Counted from the stretch's first letter, positions 1 to 11,400 are shown. The stretch: DNA of 23,848 bases from Octopus sinensis (GCF_006345805.1 NW_021836619.1:1-23848), one strand, 5' to 3'. Notes: generated from the sequence alone by a model not told the origin. Program-made: numbers and translations.

Positions 1-98
1 GATGGTGGTGGAGTTGTCAGGTTCGGCGTATGCTACATAGCATCCTGTTTTTCCTGTTTCTGCGTCACGCTTCACTTGCAACTCAGCCTCGTGGTGGC

Positions 99-182
<84 letters not shown>
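99..182. repeat. (AGAT)21 perfect tetranucleotide microsatellite
   Basis: Direct reading: uninterrupted AGAT units from 99 to 182. Confidence 0.98.
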
Positions 183-184
<2 letters not shown>

Positions 185-264
185 ACATGTATAAAATAAG
201 ATATCTCACCTCAAAATTACAGGCTTGTATTTAAATTGGCAACAATTATTTTGTGTTATATCGA

Positions 265-480
265 AGGCTGCGAGCTGGCAGAATCATTAAAGTATAGGAC
301 AAAATTCTTTCCAGTATTTCTTCATCTCTTTAAATAATTCGCTATTTAAATTGAGCTCAGCCCCGCCTCACGTTTCATTCCATCTTTCTCAATAAAATGA
401 AGAACCCGTAAAGTACTGGAGGTAATGTAATCAGCTCGATGCCTCTCAACATTGTTGGTTTTGTGCCGGAATCAGGAACT
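265..480 (+). mobile_element. Degenerate tRNA-derived SINE, family B (Meta-domain-like)
   Basis: Starts aggctgcgagctggcagaatcattaa, matching the heads at 2862 (agggcagcgagctggcagaaacgttag) and 20036 (acggcgagctggcagaaacattag). Later segments (tactggaggtaatgtaatc) resemble the family-B 3' part but are diverged. Confidence 0.6.
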
Positions 481-488
481 ATTCCTTA

Positions 489-898
489 TAGGCGCAGGCA
501 TGGCCGTGTGGTAAGAAGCTTGGTTCTCAACCACATGGTTCCGGGTTCATTACCACTGTTGGCATATTGGCCAGGAATCTTCTACCATAACCTCGGGTTG
601 ACCAAAGCCATGTGAGTGAATTTGGTAGACGGAAACTGAAAAAAGCCCGTCGTATATATATATATATATATATATATGTCTGTGTGTGTGTGTCTCCCAC
701 CACCATCACCACGTGACAACCGGTGTTGGTGTGTTTATGTCCCTGTAACTTGGCGATTCGGCAAAAGCAACCGATAGTATAAGTACCAGACTTTAAAAAA
801 ATAACTATTGAGGTTCTATTGATTTGACTTAAGTTCTTCAAGATGTTGCTCCAGCATGGCCGTAGTCTAATAACTCAACAAGTAAAAGATAAAAGATA
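489..898 (+). mobile_element. tRNA-derived SINE, family A, full length, with internal (TA)n(TG)n
   Basis: Head taggcgcaggcatggccgtgtggtaag with A-box-like TGGCCGTGTGG and B-box-like GGGTTCATTACC. Body accaaagccatgtgagtgaatttggtagacggaaactgaaaaaagcccgtcg, 3' gctccagcatggcc and tail aaaagataaaagata. Homologous to copies at 5607, 6304 and 12826 (minus). Confidence 0.9.
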
Positions 899-1499
899 AG
901 CTCCGAAGAATCTAGGTTCCAATGACTTAAAAAACACAGAATTCTCGCTGGTAAGAACAACACATTAACTGTTTGAAGGGAATTCGATTGATTAATCCGG
1001 TATAATCCGGTGTCATTTTTGCAGAGGTGGATTCCAGTCGCACGAGCGCCTTTTCACTTTTTTCTATCGAAAGTGGGGGTTATTCTACAACGATTTATTT
1101 TCACATTCTCTTGAAAGTTTTTCAGGTATTTTAATGTATAAAGATCTTCCAATTTTTTTGCTGATAAGGACAAATATACTAATATGAAAATCAGATATTG
1201 GAATGATTGCTTCGAAGGGTACCATGGTAGAACGTTCGTCATGTTTATAGATGCGAATTCGTGTCGTATGGGCTGGCTATGATCTTGCTCTAAGCAAACT
1301 ATTTTTTCAAATCCAATAATCTACATGCAATTTTTTATAGCTTTATCTACTTCAAGTTCCACCATTCAAATAGATTTATTCGTATTCATGTTATTATCAT
1401 TTGAATTTATAGAAAGGTGCGTGAAAGTTTCGAAAATGGCAACAACGGATGATACCGCTCTATAAGTGTAGAGCTGTGAGTCGGAGAAAAGGAATTGGA

Positions 1500-2830
1500 G
1501 AAGGAACTTGCCCTTAGTGTTCAAGTTCTTGGACGGTGGGGTTCTTCGATTAACCCTAGGTCTGCTCCTGTGTCAACACCACATCACTATAATTTTTCGA
1601 TGCGGGAGAGCTGTGTCGGCATTTACGGATGATGTCACGTTTATGGCTTATGCAGAAATTCATGTAGTCGATTCCGATTTAAAAGAAATCGAGGTGGTTG
1701 TGGGAATTAAGATAAATCCGAACAAGTCCGTAGGCCTGTAGCTTGGCAACTGGAGAAGCAAGACTATGCTTACGAATAGCATAGCATGTCGGTGAACAGA
1801 CGGACCGGTGAAATTGCTCGTTGTCTGGTTTGCTCCGGACTTTCTGGTGGATGAGGTTACAAGCAGCATAGCCAATCTCACTCAGAAATGGGCTGAGAGG
1901 AAATTATCCCTGAATGATCCCTGAATGTGTACATCGTTTCTTTAATAATTTACCATCCACCTGACCGTTGTACCTTGCTCGAATCCACGCTAGGCCAGGC
2001 TCAAGGGTTTATATTTCCACTTCCTGTGGAAAGGATGAGTTCCACTGGGCAGGTGGTCCATCTGTAGACAGCGCCCCCTAGATGGTCGGCTTGACATACC
2101 ATGGCTGCTAATGTGCAGACAGACCTGTAGCTACGCCACCTACAGATATTCTCGGACTGTGAGACGGTGTGGTCTCCGTCTGTAAGACAAACTTTTTCAC
2201 AGCTCATCTCTTTAGCGGAGCTGAAATCCTGGGTCAAGAAAAAAAACACCAAAGATTATTGTCTGGCGTCAGAAACGTCATCAGGCGCTTATTGATTTCT
2301 ACCAGTCGGTGGAAGTTCTATGGTAGCAATATATAGAAATTCATAGGTAAGAACGATGATATTCTCGGGGAAACTCTAGGTGTCGACGAGGATGAAGTAG
2401 CTGGTTTATTTCGGAGGATTTTCGGTTCTGGTGCTACGACGGATAAATTCCAGAATTTCCTGGCCTGGCAGTGTCACCGAAGAACATCGTTATTTCGAGA
2501 TAAACTCTACAGGCATGGAAGCTCTATCAGACGACTCATTCCAAACTGCGCGGAGAGCGAGGAAACCGTTCTGAATGCACTCGTGCAGTGCTCGAGTATG
2601 GCTGACAAGTGGAGTTATGTCGAAAAGCTATCATCGTATGCAGGACAAACTCGACAATCGGCCGAACTCATCATGAGATCGCCCCACCGCCTATATTTAA
2701 CAAGGCAGGGCAGGCGGTATTCCTCTGTGTAGTAGTTATTAACTTTGCCTTTCATCTAGAACCAAGGAAAATGTCTGTCTGTTAGTCTACCAATCTATTT
2801 TAACTTAGTTTACACTGGTCAGGGAGAGGC
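1500..2830 (+). mobile_element. Decayed Tx1/L1-clade LINE ORF2 fragment (RT C-terminal half to zf-RVT-like region)
   Basis: ORF 1508-1741 has SAFTDDVTF (YADD-like RT motif) and VGIKINPNKSVGL. The same frame continues past stops as LGNWRSK...GPVKLLVVWF...LTQKWAERKLSL. Near 1960-2130 I read HLTVVPC...FHFLWKG*VPLGRWSICRQRPLDGRLDIPW. 2337-2732 is stop-free: FLAWQCHRR...RDKLYRHG...CAESEETVLNALVQC, a degenerate CCHC knuckle. Multiple stops and frameshifts. Confidence 0.8.
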
Positions 2831-2861
2831 CTCAGAATCTACATATTAACGAGTAGGCAGG

Positions 2862-3141
2862 AAGGGCAGCGAGCTGGCAGAAACGTTAGCGCGCCGGGAG
2901 AAATGCTTAGCAGTATTTCGTCTGTCGTTACGTTCTGAGTTCAAATTCCGCCGAGGTCAACTTTGCCTTTCATCCTTTCGGGGTCGATTAAATAAGTACC
3001 AGTTATGCGCTGGGATCGATATAATCGTCTTAATCCGTTTGTCTGTCCTTGTTTGTCCTCTCTGTGTGTAGCCTCTTCTGGGCAATAAAGAAATAAGAAA
3101 CGTTAGCGCGCCGGGCGAAATGCTGTGGGCAGTAAAGAAAT
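2862..3141 (+). mobile_element. tRNA-derived SINE, family B (Meta-domain-like), with an extra mini-unit at the 3' end
   Basis: Head gcgagctggcagaaacgttagc, B-box-like gagttcaaattcc, central aactttgcctttcatcctttcggggtcgattaaataagtacc (resembles the MetaSINE/Sauria-SINE central domain, from memory). Tail aataaagaaata, then a restart at gaaacgttagcgcgccgggcgaaatgct. Closely matches 20036-20453. Confidence 0.9.
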
Positions 3142-3535
3142 ATATATATCAGCGAGACAAAAACAGAAGTTCTTCACTACGGAGTATGAAATGCAAAACG
3201 AATCGTTTATCTTTTGTGAAGATGGTGGTGACAGTGGAAGCGTTTTGTAGAGGCGGTGGCGGCAGCGGTGGTGGTTGTGACGAATGATGGCTAACTGGTG
3301 TATTTCTTCATTCTATAGCATTTACGTGAGTGAATTATGAGAGTCCTCGGAATGAGCCGGCCAGTTTTTCTTGTGACGCCTTTCGTTTTTAGCAGTCGCA
3401 GCGACAAGGGAGTGCCTGCTGAACACGGGTGGAATAAATACCTCAAGGTACATTTGTTCAGTTTTGCTGCAACAACTTACTAGCAGTTTTTTCCCCCACT
3501 CAGTGTGTATATTTCTTCGTCGACACGTCAGAACA

Positions 3536-3586
3536 TATATACATACATACATGCAAGCATGTATATACATATATAATATACATATA

Positions 3587-3621
<35 letters not shown>

Positions 3622-3628
3622 CATATAT

Positions 3629-3659
<31 letters not shown>

Positions 3660-3725
3660 TGTTATTATATATATACATATATATATATATATGCACATTG
3701 TGTGTGTGTGTCTGTTGCATGTATG

Positions 3726-3756
<31 letters not shown>

Positions 3757-3835
3757 TATGTGTGTGTGTGTGTGTGTTTGTGTGTGTGCGCGTGCATGCG
3801 CGTATATATGCATGTGTGTGTGTGAGAGAGAGTAC
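3536..3835. repeat. Compound (CATA)/(TA)n/(TG)n/(GA)n microsatellite
   Basis: Direct reading; explains the IY/CV-rich ORFs at 3464-3901. Confidence 0.95.
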
Positions 3836-3965
3836 GTATCTATTTATATATATTTTTACAACAAGAGTAGCTTTCTGAAGTCACTGATCCAAAACCAATA
3901 GAGAACACCTTGGAATGCAAACATCGAAAATAAAACATACAAATAAATAACTCAGTGACGCATCT

Positions 3966-3998
3966 ACACACACACGCGCGCGCGCGCGCGCACACACA
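3966..3998. repeat. (CA)n(CG)8(CA)n alternating purine-pyrimidine tract
   Basis: acacacacacgcgcgcgcgcgcgcgcacacac; the CG run spans 3975-3990. Confidence 0.95.
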
Positions 3999-4257
3999 TC
4001 TTTATATATGTGTGTGTATGTGTGTGTATCATATACATCATATATACGAAAAAGAAACTTCTTACTAAACTAATTGCATTTTTTTTCTAAAACTAAAACT
4101 AACTGAACCAAGACTTATACAACTTCCGGTTTTAAACGAAAAACTTCGGATTTGGGCAGATTCGTGCAAATAAATAAAAAAAAGGAAAAAATAAAAGAAA
4201 AATGCCGAAAAACAGAAAGAATACAACAACAATAACTGCAGCAGCAATAACAAGAAA

Positions 4258-4272
4258 TAGAAAGAAAGAGAA

Positions 4273-4314
<42 letters not shown>

Positions 4315-4516
4315 ACAAGAAAGAACAAGAAAGAAAAAAAAAGAAAGAAAGTAAGAGAAAGATAGAGAGAAAGAAAGAAAGAAAGAAAGAAAGAGAAAGA
4401 AAGAAAGAAGAGCGAGTGAAAGACAAAAACGAAAAGCAGCAAAAGAGAAAAGAAGAAGAAGAAGAAGAAGAAGAAGAAGAAGAAGAAGAAAAAGAAGAAA
4501 AAGAAGAAAAAGAAGA
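4258..4516. repeat. Purine-rich (GAAA)n and (GAA)n microsatellites
   Basis: Direct reading; source of the poly-F/L/E ORFs at 4065-4796. Confidence 0.95.
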
Positions 4517-4659
4517 AACAAGCAGAAATGTGTTTAGTCAAAGCGAATATCTCATATTACGTCAGGTTTTTAAAGAAGGCATGTCGAAGCGAAGGCGTGG
4601 GAATGGTTTTGCACTCAGTCTTAGGAGAAAGAATGTGGGATTTTTTTATTATTATTTTT

Positions 4660-4660
<1 letters not shown>

Positions 4661-4695
<35 letters not shown>

Positions 4696-4768
4696 GTCAT
4701 CGTCATCATCATCATCGTCATCATCATCATCATCATCATCATCATTATTATTATTATTATTATTATTA
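4661..4768. repeat. (CAT)n(TAT)n compound trinucleotide repeat
   Basis: Direct reading; source of the poly-H/I/M ORFs. Confidence 0.95.
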
Positions 4769-4892
4769 CTCGAGAAGTGTCAAGCAGCACAAATAGCGTA
4801 AAAGAATCTCAAAGTACGGCAAGGACTTGAGTACTTAACCAAGCGGGGGTGTGAAATAGTGTGTCGCGGTGGTGTGTATGTGTATGTGTGTG

Positions 4893-4927
<35 letters not shown>

Positions 4928-5100
4928 GTGTGTATGTCTTTGTTGTATGTGTGTTGTGCGTGTGATTGTGATCGTGTGTATTTTGTGTATGCATGTGTGT
5001 ATTTCTCTGCATCCGTACTTACATAGCTCTATGTATTTGCACGTGTGTATGCAGGTGTGTGTGTGTGTTTATGTGTATACAGGTGGGTGTGTATGCAGGT

Positions 5101-5205
5101 GTGTGTGTGTGTGTGTGTTGTGATGTCAATGTTATTCTATGTCAGTCATTTTATAATTATTCAAAATTTTTTAAACGTTTTCTTCGTTTTTCTTCTGTCG
5201 TTACA

Positions 5206-5264
<59 letters not shown>

Positions 5265-5392
5265 CAGACAGAGGCACGCACGCGCGCGTACTAACTAACT
5301 ATAATCAACATATGCGTGTGTATGATATATATATGTGTGTTTGTGTGTTTGGCAGCAAGACCATGTGTGCGCGCGTGCTCGTGGAGGACACC

Positions 5393-5442
<50 letters not shown>

Positions 5443-5734
5443 TATAAAATAACCACCTTTTATCAATTGAACAATGAAATAATAATATAATTAAAATATA
5501 CCATATAGAAAAATATTAGATATACATTACAAACATATACCAATAACTAAGTAAAGTATAAAATAATAAATAAAAAGTATATAATTGGTGTGTATATATA
5601 TATATATAGGCGCAGGAATGGTTCCGGGTTCACTCCCACTGCTGGCACCCTGGGCAAATGTCTTCTACTATAGCCTCAGAACGACCAAAGCCTTGTGAAT
5701 GGATTTGATTGATGGAAACTGAAAGAAGCCCGTA

Positions 5735-5770
<36 letters not shown>

Positions 5771-5899
5771 TTGTGTGTTTGTGTTTGTGTGGTGTGTGTG
5801 TGTGTGTTGTGATGTCAATGTTATTCTATGTCAGTCATTTTATAATTATTCAAAATTTTTTAAACGTTTTCTTCTCGTTTTTCTTCTGTCGTTACAAAG

Positions 5900-5949
<50 letters not shown>

Positions 5950-6077
5950 ACACAGAGGCACGCACGCGCGCGTACTAACTAACTATAATCAACATATGCG
6001 TATGTATGATATTATATGTGTGTTTGTTGTTTTGGCAGCAAGACCATGTGTGCGCGCGTGCTCTTGGAGGACACCAT

Positions 6078-6124
<47 letters not shown>

Positions 6125-6460
6125 TATTATATATATATAATAATTAGAAAAGACCACCTTTTATCAATTGAACAATGAAATAATAATATAATAAAAATAT
6201 ACCATATAGAAAAATATTAGATATCATTACAACATATACCAATAACTAAGTAAAGTAAAAAATAATAATAAAAAGTATATAATTGGTGTGTATATATAAT
6301 ATATAGGCGCAGAATGGTTCCGGGTTCACTCCCCCCTGCTGGCAACCTGGCAATGTCTTCTACTATAGCCTCAGAACGACCAAAGCCTTGTGAATGGATT
6401 TGATTGATTGGAAACTGAAAGAAGCCCGTAATATATATATATATCTATATATATATAATG
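5101..6460 (+). repeat. Tandem duplication of a ~690-bp unit (about 5101-5790 and 5791-6460)
   Basis: The anchor ttgtgatgtcaatgttattctatgtcag occurs at 5118 and 5807. gaagcccgtaatatat ends both units (cgta at 5731 and 6427). Internal order is identical; most differences are indels in homopolymers or microsatellites. Confidence 0.93.
5607..5735 (+). mobile_element. SINE family A, 5' half only, with a deletion of the A-box region
   Basis: taggcgcaggaatggttccgggttcactcccactg...ggaaactgaaagaagcccg. Lacks the ~35 bp seen in the 489 copy between two ATGG motifs. The 3' half is absent. Confidence 0.88.
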
Positions 6461-6665
6461 TGTGTGTGTGTGTGTTTGTGTGTTTGGTTTGTGTGTGTGT
6501 GTGTGTGTGTATTTGTATGTCTGTGTTTGTCCCTACTATCACTTGATGCTAGTGTGTGTACGTCCATGTAACCTAGCGGTTTGGCAAAACTGATCGACAG
6601 AATAAGTACTAAGCGGTGCTCCAGCATGGCCTCGGTTAAATGAGTGAAACAAATAAAAAAGAATA
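6304..6665 (+). mobile_element. SINE family A, internally deleted copy with 3' half
   Basis: Same A-box deletion as the 5607 copy, internal (TA)n(TG)n, then gtaacctagcggtttggcaaaa...gcggtgctccagcatggcc...gaaacaaataaaaaagaata. Confidence 0.88.
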
Positions 6666-6745
6666 TATATATATATATATATATACATCTATCTATTTAT
6701 CTAACAACAGTAACACATATACACGCACATGCACACATACATACA

Positions 6746-6782
<37 letters not shown>

Positions 6783-6980
6783 ATAGTGATGTGTATATGT
6801 GTATATGTTTGGTTTGGAATTTCTCTAGTTTTCATCTCTTGATGTCGTTCATTGTTGTTAATTGACGTAATGAGTGTTCAATGTGGTAATTAAAATCTAA
6901 AATTTGATCTCGCCTGCAACTCAGACTTCGGTAAGTTGAAAACGAAGGTAGGAGGAATTTGGGGCGGGGAGCAGAAAAAA

Positions 6981-7118
6981 GAAGAAGAAGAAGAAGAAGA
7001 AGAAGAAGAAGAAGAAGAAGAAGAAGAAGAAGAAGAAGAAGAAGAAGAAGAAGAAGAAGAAGAAGAAGAAGAAGAAGAAGAAAAAGAAGAAGAAGAAGAA
7101 GAAGAAGAAGAAGAAGAA
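6981..7118. repeat. (GAA)~46 microsatellite with one interruption
   Basis: Direct reading; gives the poly-E ORF 6936-7160. Confidence 0.97.
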
Positions 7119-7276
7119 TGCCTTGATGCTTTACCAGACAGTGGCTCTCGTGGCTTCTGATCTTAACTGATTGGAAGTGTTATCATGTACTTTGTTTTGT
7201 CTTGGTATAAAAGATGGGCTACAGCAAATATTCTGCTCAATACCACAGATTTGCTTTTCAGTTGTTTGATATTTAC
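7119..7276 (-). mobile_element. Probable 3' end of an unclassified retroelement, minus strand, with a (CTT)n tail
   Basis: The minus strand reads ...gatcagaagccacgagagccactgtctggtaaagcatcaaggca directly into (TTC)n. I recall this as a common octopus interspersed repeat but cannot verify it; there is no second copy in the window. Confidence 0.4.
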
Positions 7277-8016
7277 CAGCACAAGACCAAAGCCTCCCCA
7301 CCAGAAATTACCAAAAACATGTAATGAAAAGAAATATAATAAGTAACTGCAGAATATGTGGAGATGGACAAGGAACAATAAACCATATTATCTCTGGCTG
7401 CCCAGTCCTGGCTAAGAAGGAATATATTCACAGACATGACAGAGTTGGAACCTACATACACTGGAAGCTATGCCAAAATTATGGAATAACAACAGAAAAA
7501 AGATGGTATAGGCACACACCAGGAAAGGTCACAGAAAACGAGAAAGCAACCATACTCTGGGATATGCCGATACACACAGATAGAGAAATTAAGGCCAACA
7601 GACCAGATATAGTTGTCAGAGATCATGAAGAAAAAAAATGCTTTCTAATTGATGTATCAATACCGGCAGATGACAACGTGAATCTAAAAGAAATGGAGAA
7701 ACTTTCAAAATACAAAGACCTGGAAATAGAGGTAACCAGAATGTGGAATCTAAAAACAGAAACAATTCCTATCATAGTAGGTGCATTAGGCATGATAAAA
7801 TAATATTCAGACAAATGCATAACAAAAACACCAGGACTTACAAACACATATAACATACAGAAAATTGCACTACTAGGCACTGCACACCTCCTACGCAGAA
7901 CACTTTCCATACAATAACCATCAGAGCATCACAACAAATCACAGCACATACCCAAGGCACACAGAGCTGCGCTCGGTAGTGAAGTGAAAGCACGCTATAA
8001 AAAAAACAATAATAAA

Positions 8017-8066
<50 letters not shown>

Positions 8067-8092
8067 TAATAATAATAATAATATAATAATAA
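7277..8092 (+). mobile_element. 5'-truncated R4/Dong-clade non-LTR retrotransposon (copy 1) with (TAA)n tail
   Basis: Homology to copy 2 begins at cagcacaagaccaaagcc (7277; cf. ~11450). Encodes a CCHC motif and a restriction-like endonuclease. Shares the 3' UTR ...gagctgcgctcggtagtgaagtgaaagcacgc and is followed by (TAA)n to 8092. About 6 differences from copy 2 over the first ~168 bp by manual comparison. Confidence 0.92.
7324..7917 (+). pseudogene. C-terminal CCHC plus restriction-like endonuclease reading frame of R4/Dong copy 1
   Basis: CRICGDGQGTINHIISGC (CCHC) and RPDIVVRDHEEKKCFLIDVSIP...EKLSKY (PD-(D/E)xK-type RLE). The premature TAA at 7801-7803 corresponds to AAA in copy 2. The frame continues YSDKCITKTPGLTNTYNIQKIALLGTAHLLRRTLSIQ to TAA at 7915-7917. 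Confidence 0.9.
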
Positions 8093-8252
8093 GAGGGAGA
8101 CACCGGGGACGTTTAAGAGGAGACACCGGGAACGTTTAAGAGGAGACACCGGGGACGTTTAAGAGAGACACCGGGGACGTTTAAGAGGAGACACCGGGGA
8201 CGTTTAAGAGGAGACACCGGGGACGTTTAAGAGAGACACCGGGGACGTTTAA
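8093..8252 (+). repeat. Seven tandem 22-24-bp units, consensus GAGGAGACACCGGGGACGTTTAA
   Basis: Units start at 8093, 8117, 8140, 8163, 8185, 8208 and 8231. There are no spacers, so this is not a CRISPR array. Confidence 0.97.
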
Positions 8253-8455
8253 GATGTAAGAAGGAAAATACAGAGCTTCGAAATCTATCCACAAACATCG
8301 AAAACAAGGACACCCTATGGAGCCAAAGATTTACTAACAAAGAATTGGACTGTTTCCGAGTAAGTAATACTAATTGAAATTTATTACTATTTTCGAAACG
8401 AAATCATGTATTTTGACTCGATATTATCTCCACCTCTAACACAACACATGTAAAC

Positions 8456-11400
8456 ATGCGTGGAACAACACGATCATCCCCGACCTCAAACACCATGTAC
8501 AAAGGAACTACGAAGAAATTAAATGCCACCGATACTATTCAACCCAAGAATAACAGTCGAGCGGTACGTACATTAAACCTACAACAAAAAATGTACGAAA
8601 AACTACACGTGCGAAATAATGTGACAACAGAAATAAACGGACCGGTACCCTACGAAAATGACGACTGTCAAAATAATGGGCGGACGTTGTACTCATGTCC
8701 CGCAATTAAAACCCCAAAGACGTAAATGGACACGTGAGGAATACATTTCTATCTTACACGCATACTTCACAGCAATGCTCTACCCACAAAATGAAAATAC
8801 AAACACATACATATAAAATATGGAAGGAAAATAATAGAGATATAGACTTGGATACAGCAATGAACCCTAATAAATTAGCTAACGTACGAAGATACATTCT
8901 CAAAGCCAAAAAAATATCAGAAATAGAAATAGAACATTTAAAAGAAAAAATACACCAGGAAAATGTAGATAGAAGCCACACAACAATGCCCATAATATAA
9001 ACACTGAAACTGTAAAATACGAAGACAAACGCAACATTCCCAACAAACACGATGTAAACAACGAAGGGGAGCCTAATGATTATGATAATATAAAAAATAA
9101 AATAATCAAAGAACTGAAAACCACAGAGCCCAAAATGGACCACCGACCATACCTCCCAAGAATAAAAATAAACGCAATAACAACACCAATTATAAACAGC
9201 ATAAACCTAGCCGTCACTGAACTAGCCACTGAAAAAAAAAAAGTGATATCACTGAACTAAATGACTTGATATACGCAGCAGCCACTGCAGCCACAAAAGA
9301 AGCTGGATACTCACCCAAACCCGCCCAAACAGGAGTACCACCACCCAAACAAACCCTGTGGATAAATAACATCCAACAAAATAAAAAAAATTAGAAAAGA
9401 CCTGTCGATTCTTAATGAAATCAGCAAACAAGCAACGCTACTAAGCAACAAAAAGAGAACAAAAATGCTCCGCAAATATAACATCACAGAAAAAGATTTG
9501 CCGGAGATAAAAGAAAAGCTGAAGCAAGATATCCTTGCCAAAGCTCAAAGGATCCGCCGGTACGAGAAACGCCAACGCTTCTTTGAACAGAACAAAAAGT
9601 TCAACTCCGACCCAAAAAGTTCTACCAAGAACTGGGCAAAAATAAAATAGAAGTCACTGCAGCACCAACGGCAGAAGAATTGGAAGAATTCTGGAGAGAA
9701 ATATGGTCGGCGAACGAACAGCAAAAAAAAAAGGAGTATGAAAATAACAAACTCGGCATCTGAACAACTTTGGACCCCCATAACAACTGAAGAGGTCACC
9801 CAGGCACTGCAAAAACTAAGCAACTGGAAGGCACCTGGGCATGACAAGATCCACAACTTCTGGTTGAAATATCTAACAGGAATGCACAAAAAGCTGGCTG
9901 AAAACTTTAACAGCATACTAGCAGAGCCAGAGACAATGCCTGAATGGCTCACGAAGGGGAAAACCATCTTAATTCCCAAATCAAATGAAACAACAAAACC
10001 AGAAAACTACAGACCAATAACCTGCCTCCCTACTATGTTCAAGGCATTTACTGCAGTGATATCGCAAAGGCTGAACAAGTACCTGGACGAAAGCAAACTG
10101 TTCCCAGAAGAGCAGAAAGGATGCCGCAAAGGCTCATATGGCTGTAAAGATCAACTAATGATTAATAAAGCCGTAACTGAAGACAGCCACAGAAAGAAGA
10201 AAGGCCTCAGTATGGCCTGGATTGACTACAAAAAGCGTTTGATAGCATCCCCCACACATGGATCCTCGAAACACTTGCCATTAACAAATTAGCACCAACA
10301 ATCATAAATTCATAGAGCACTCTATGAATAAATGGCAAACAGTCCTACACCTCCAAACAAAAGAGGGACTCATGAAAACCAAAGACATCCCCATTAGAAG
10401 AGGAATATTCCAGGGAGACACGCTCTCTCCACTCCTTTTCTGCTTGGCACTGTCACCTCTATCTGATATGCTAAATAGAACTGGATGCGGATATAAATGT
10501 TACGGCAAAACGATCAGCCACCTTTTATATAGGATGACCTAAAACTATACGCTGCTAATGACAAACAGCTGGAAACACTATTAAAGACAGTTCATGGATT
10601 TACCAAAGAAATAGATATGAAATTTGGATTAGAAAAATGCGCCAAAGTAACAATGAAAAGAGGAAAACTAGTTAAGAGTAACAACATCACACTAGATAAA
10701 ACCAATGAAATAAAAGAATTAGACCAAAGCCAAACTTACAAATACTTAGGAATCCATGAACTAGATAAGACATAACACACACAAATGAAAGAGAAAATAA
10801 AAAAAGAATATTATAGACGAGTTAGATCAATACTAAACACAGAGCTCAATGCTAAAACAACAGATAATAGGTATCAACACTTTAGCTGTCCCAGTTATAA
10901 GTTACAGCTACAATATCCTTAACTGGACACGAAATGAACTGTCCAAAATAGATAGGAAAACAAGAAAAATAATGACAGGATCTAGGATGCATCACCCGAA
11001 ATCTGACATAGAAAGACTATATATACAACGTATAGAAGGTGGTAGAGGCCTATACAGCTGGAAAACTACTATAAAATAACCACCATAGGACTGCAAAAAT
11101 ACCTACTTCAGAAGGAAGGAAAACTGATCCAGATAGCAGCAAAACACGAGCAAAACAAAAAACTGTTCTCAGTATTTAAGGAAGCTGACAAATACAAACA
11201 AGAAATCATACCACCTAATAAACACAAAGAAGAAGAAGAAGATGATGAAGAAACAACAAAAGCTATAAAACAAATGAAATCCAAACTAAAAATAGAACAG
11301 CAACGAGCCATGATAAAACGATGGCAAGAAAAGCCCCTTCATGGTAAATACTGCACTAAACTAAACGCAAAAGAAATAGACAAAGAAAAATCCCAGCAAT

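Noticed and set aside
4416-4830. Poly-Glu/poly-His ORF
   Set aside because: Translation of (GAA)n and (CAT)n microsatellites; the unique segment between them resembles no protein I recognise.
8093-8252. CRISPR-like appearance of the 23-bp repeats
   Set aside because: Units are directly adjacent with no unique spacers, no cas genes are present, and the context is eukaryotic.
8231-8345. HDV-like ribozyme at the Dong 5' end
   Set aside because: Plausible from R2/R4 biology, but I could not assemble P1/P1.1/P2/P3 pairings by eye; needs a covariance or descriptor search.
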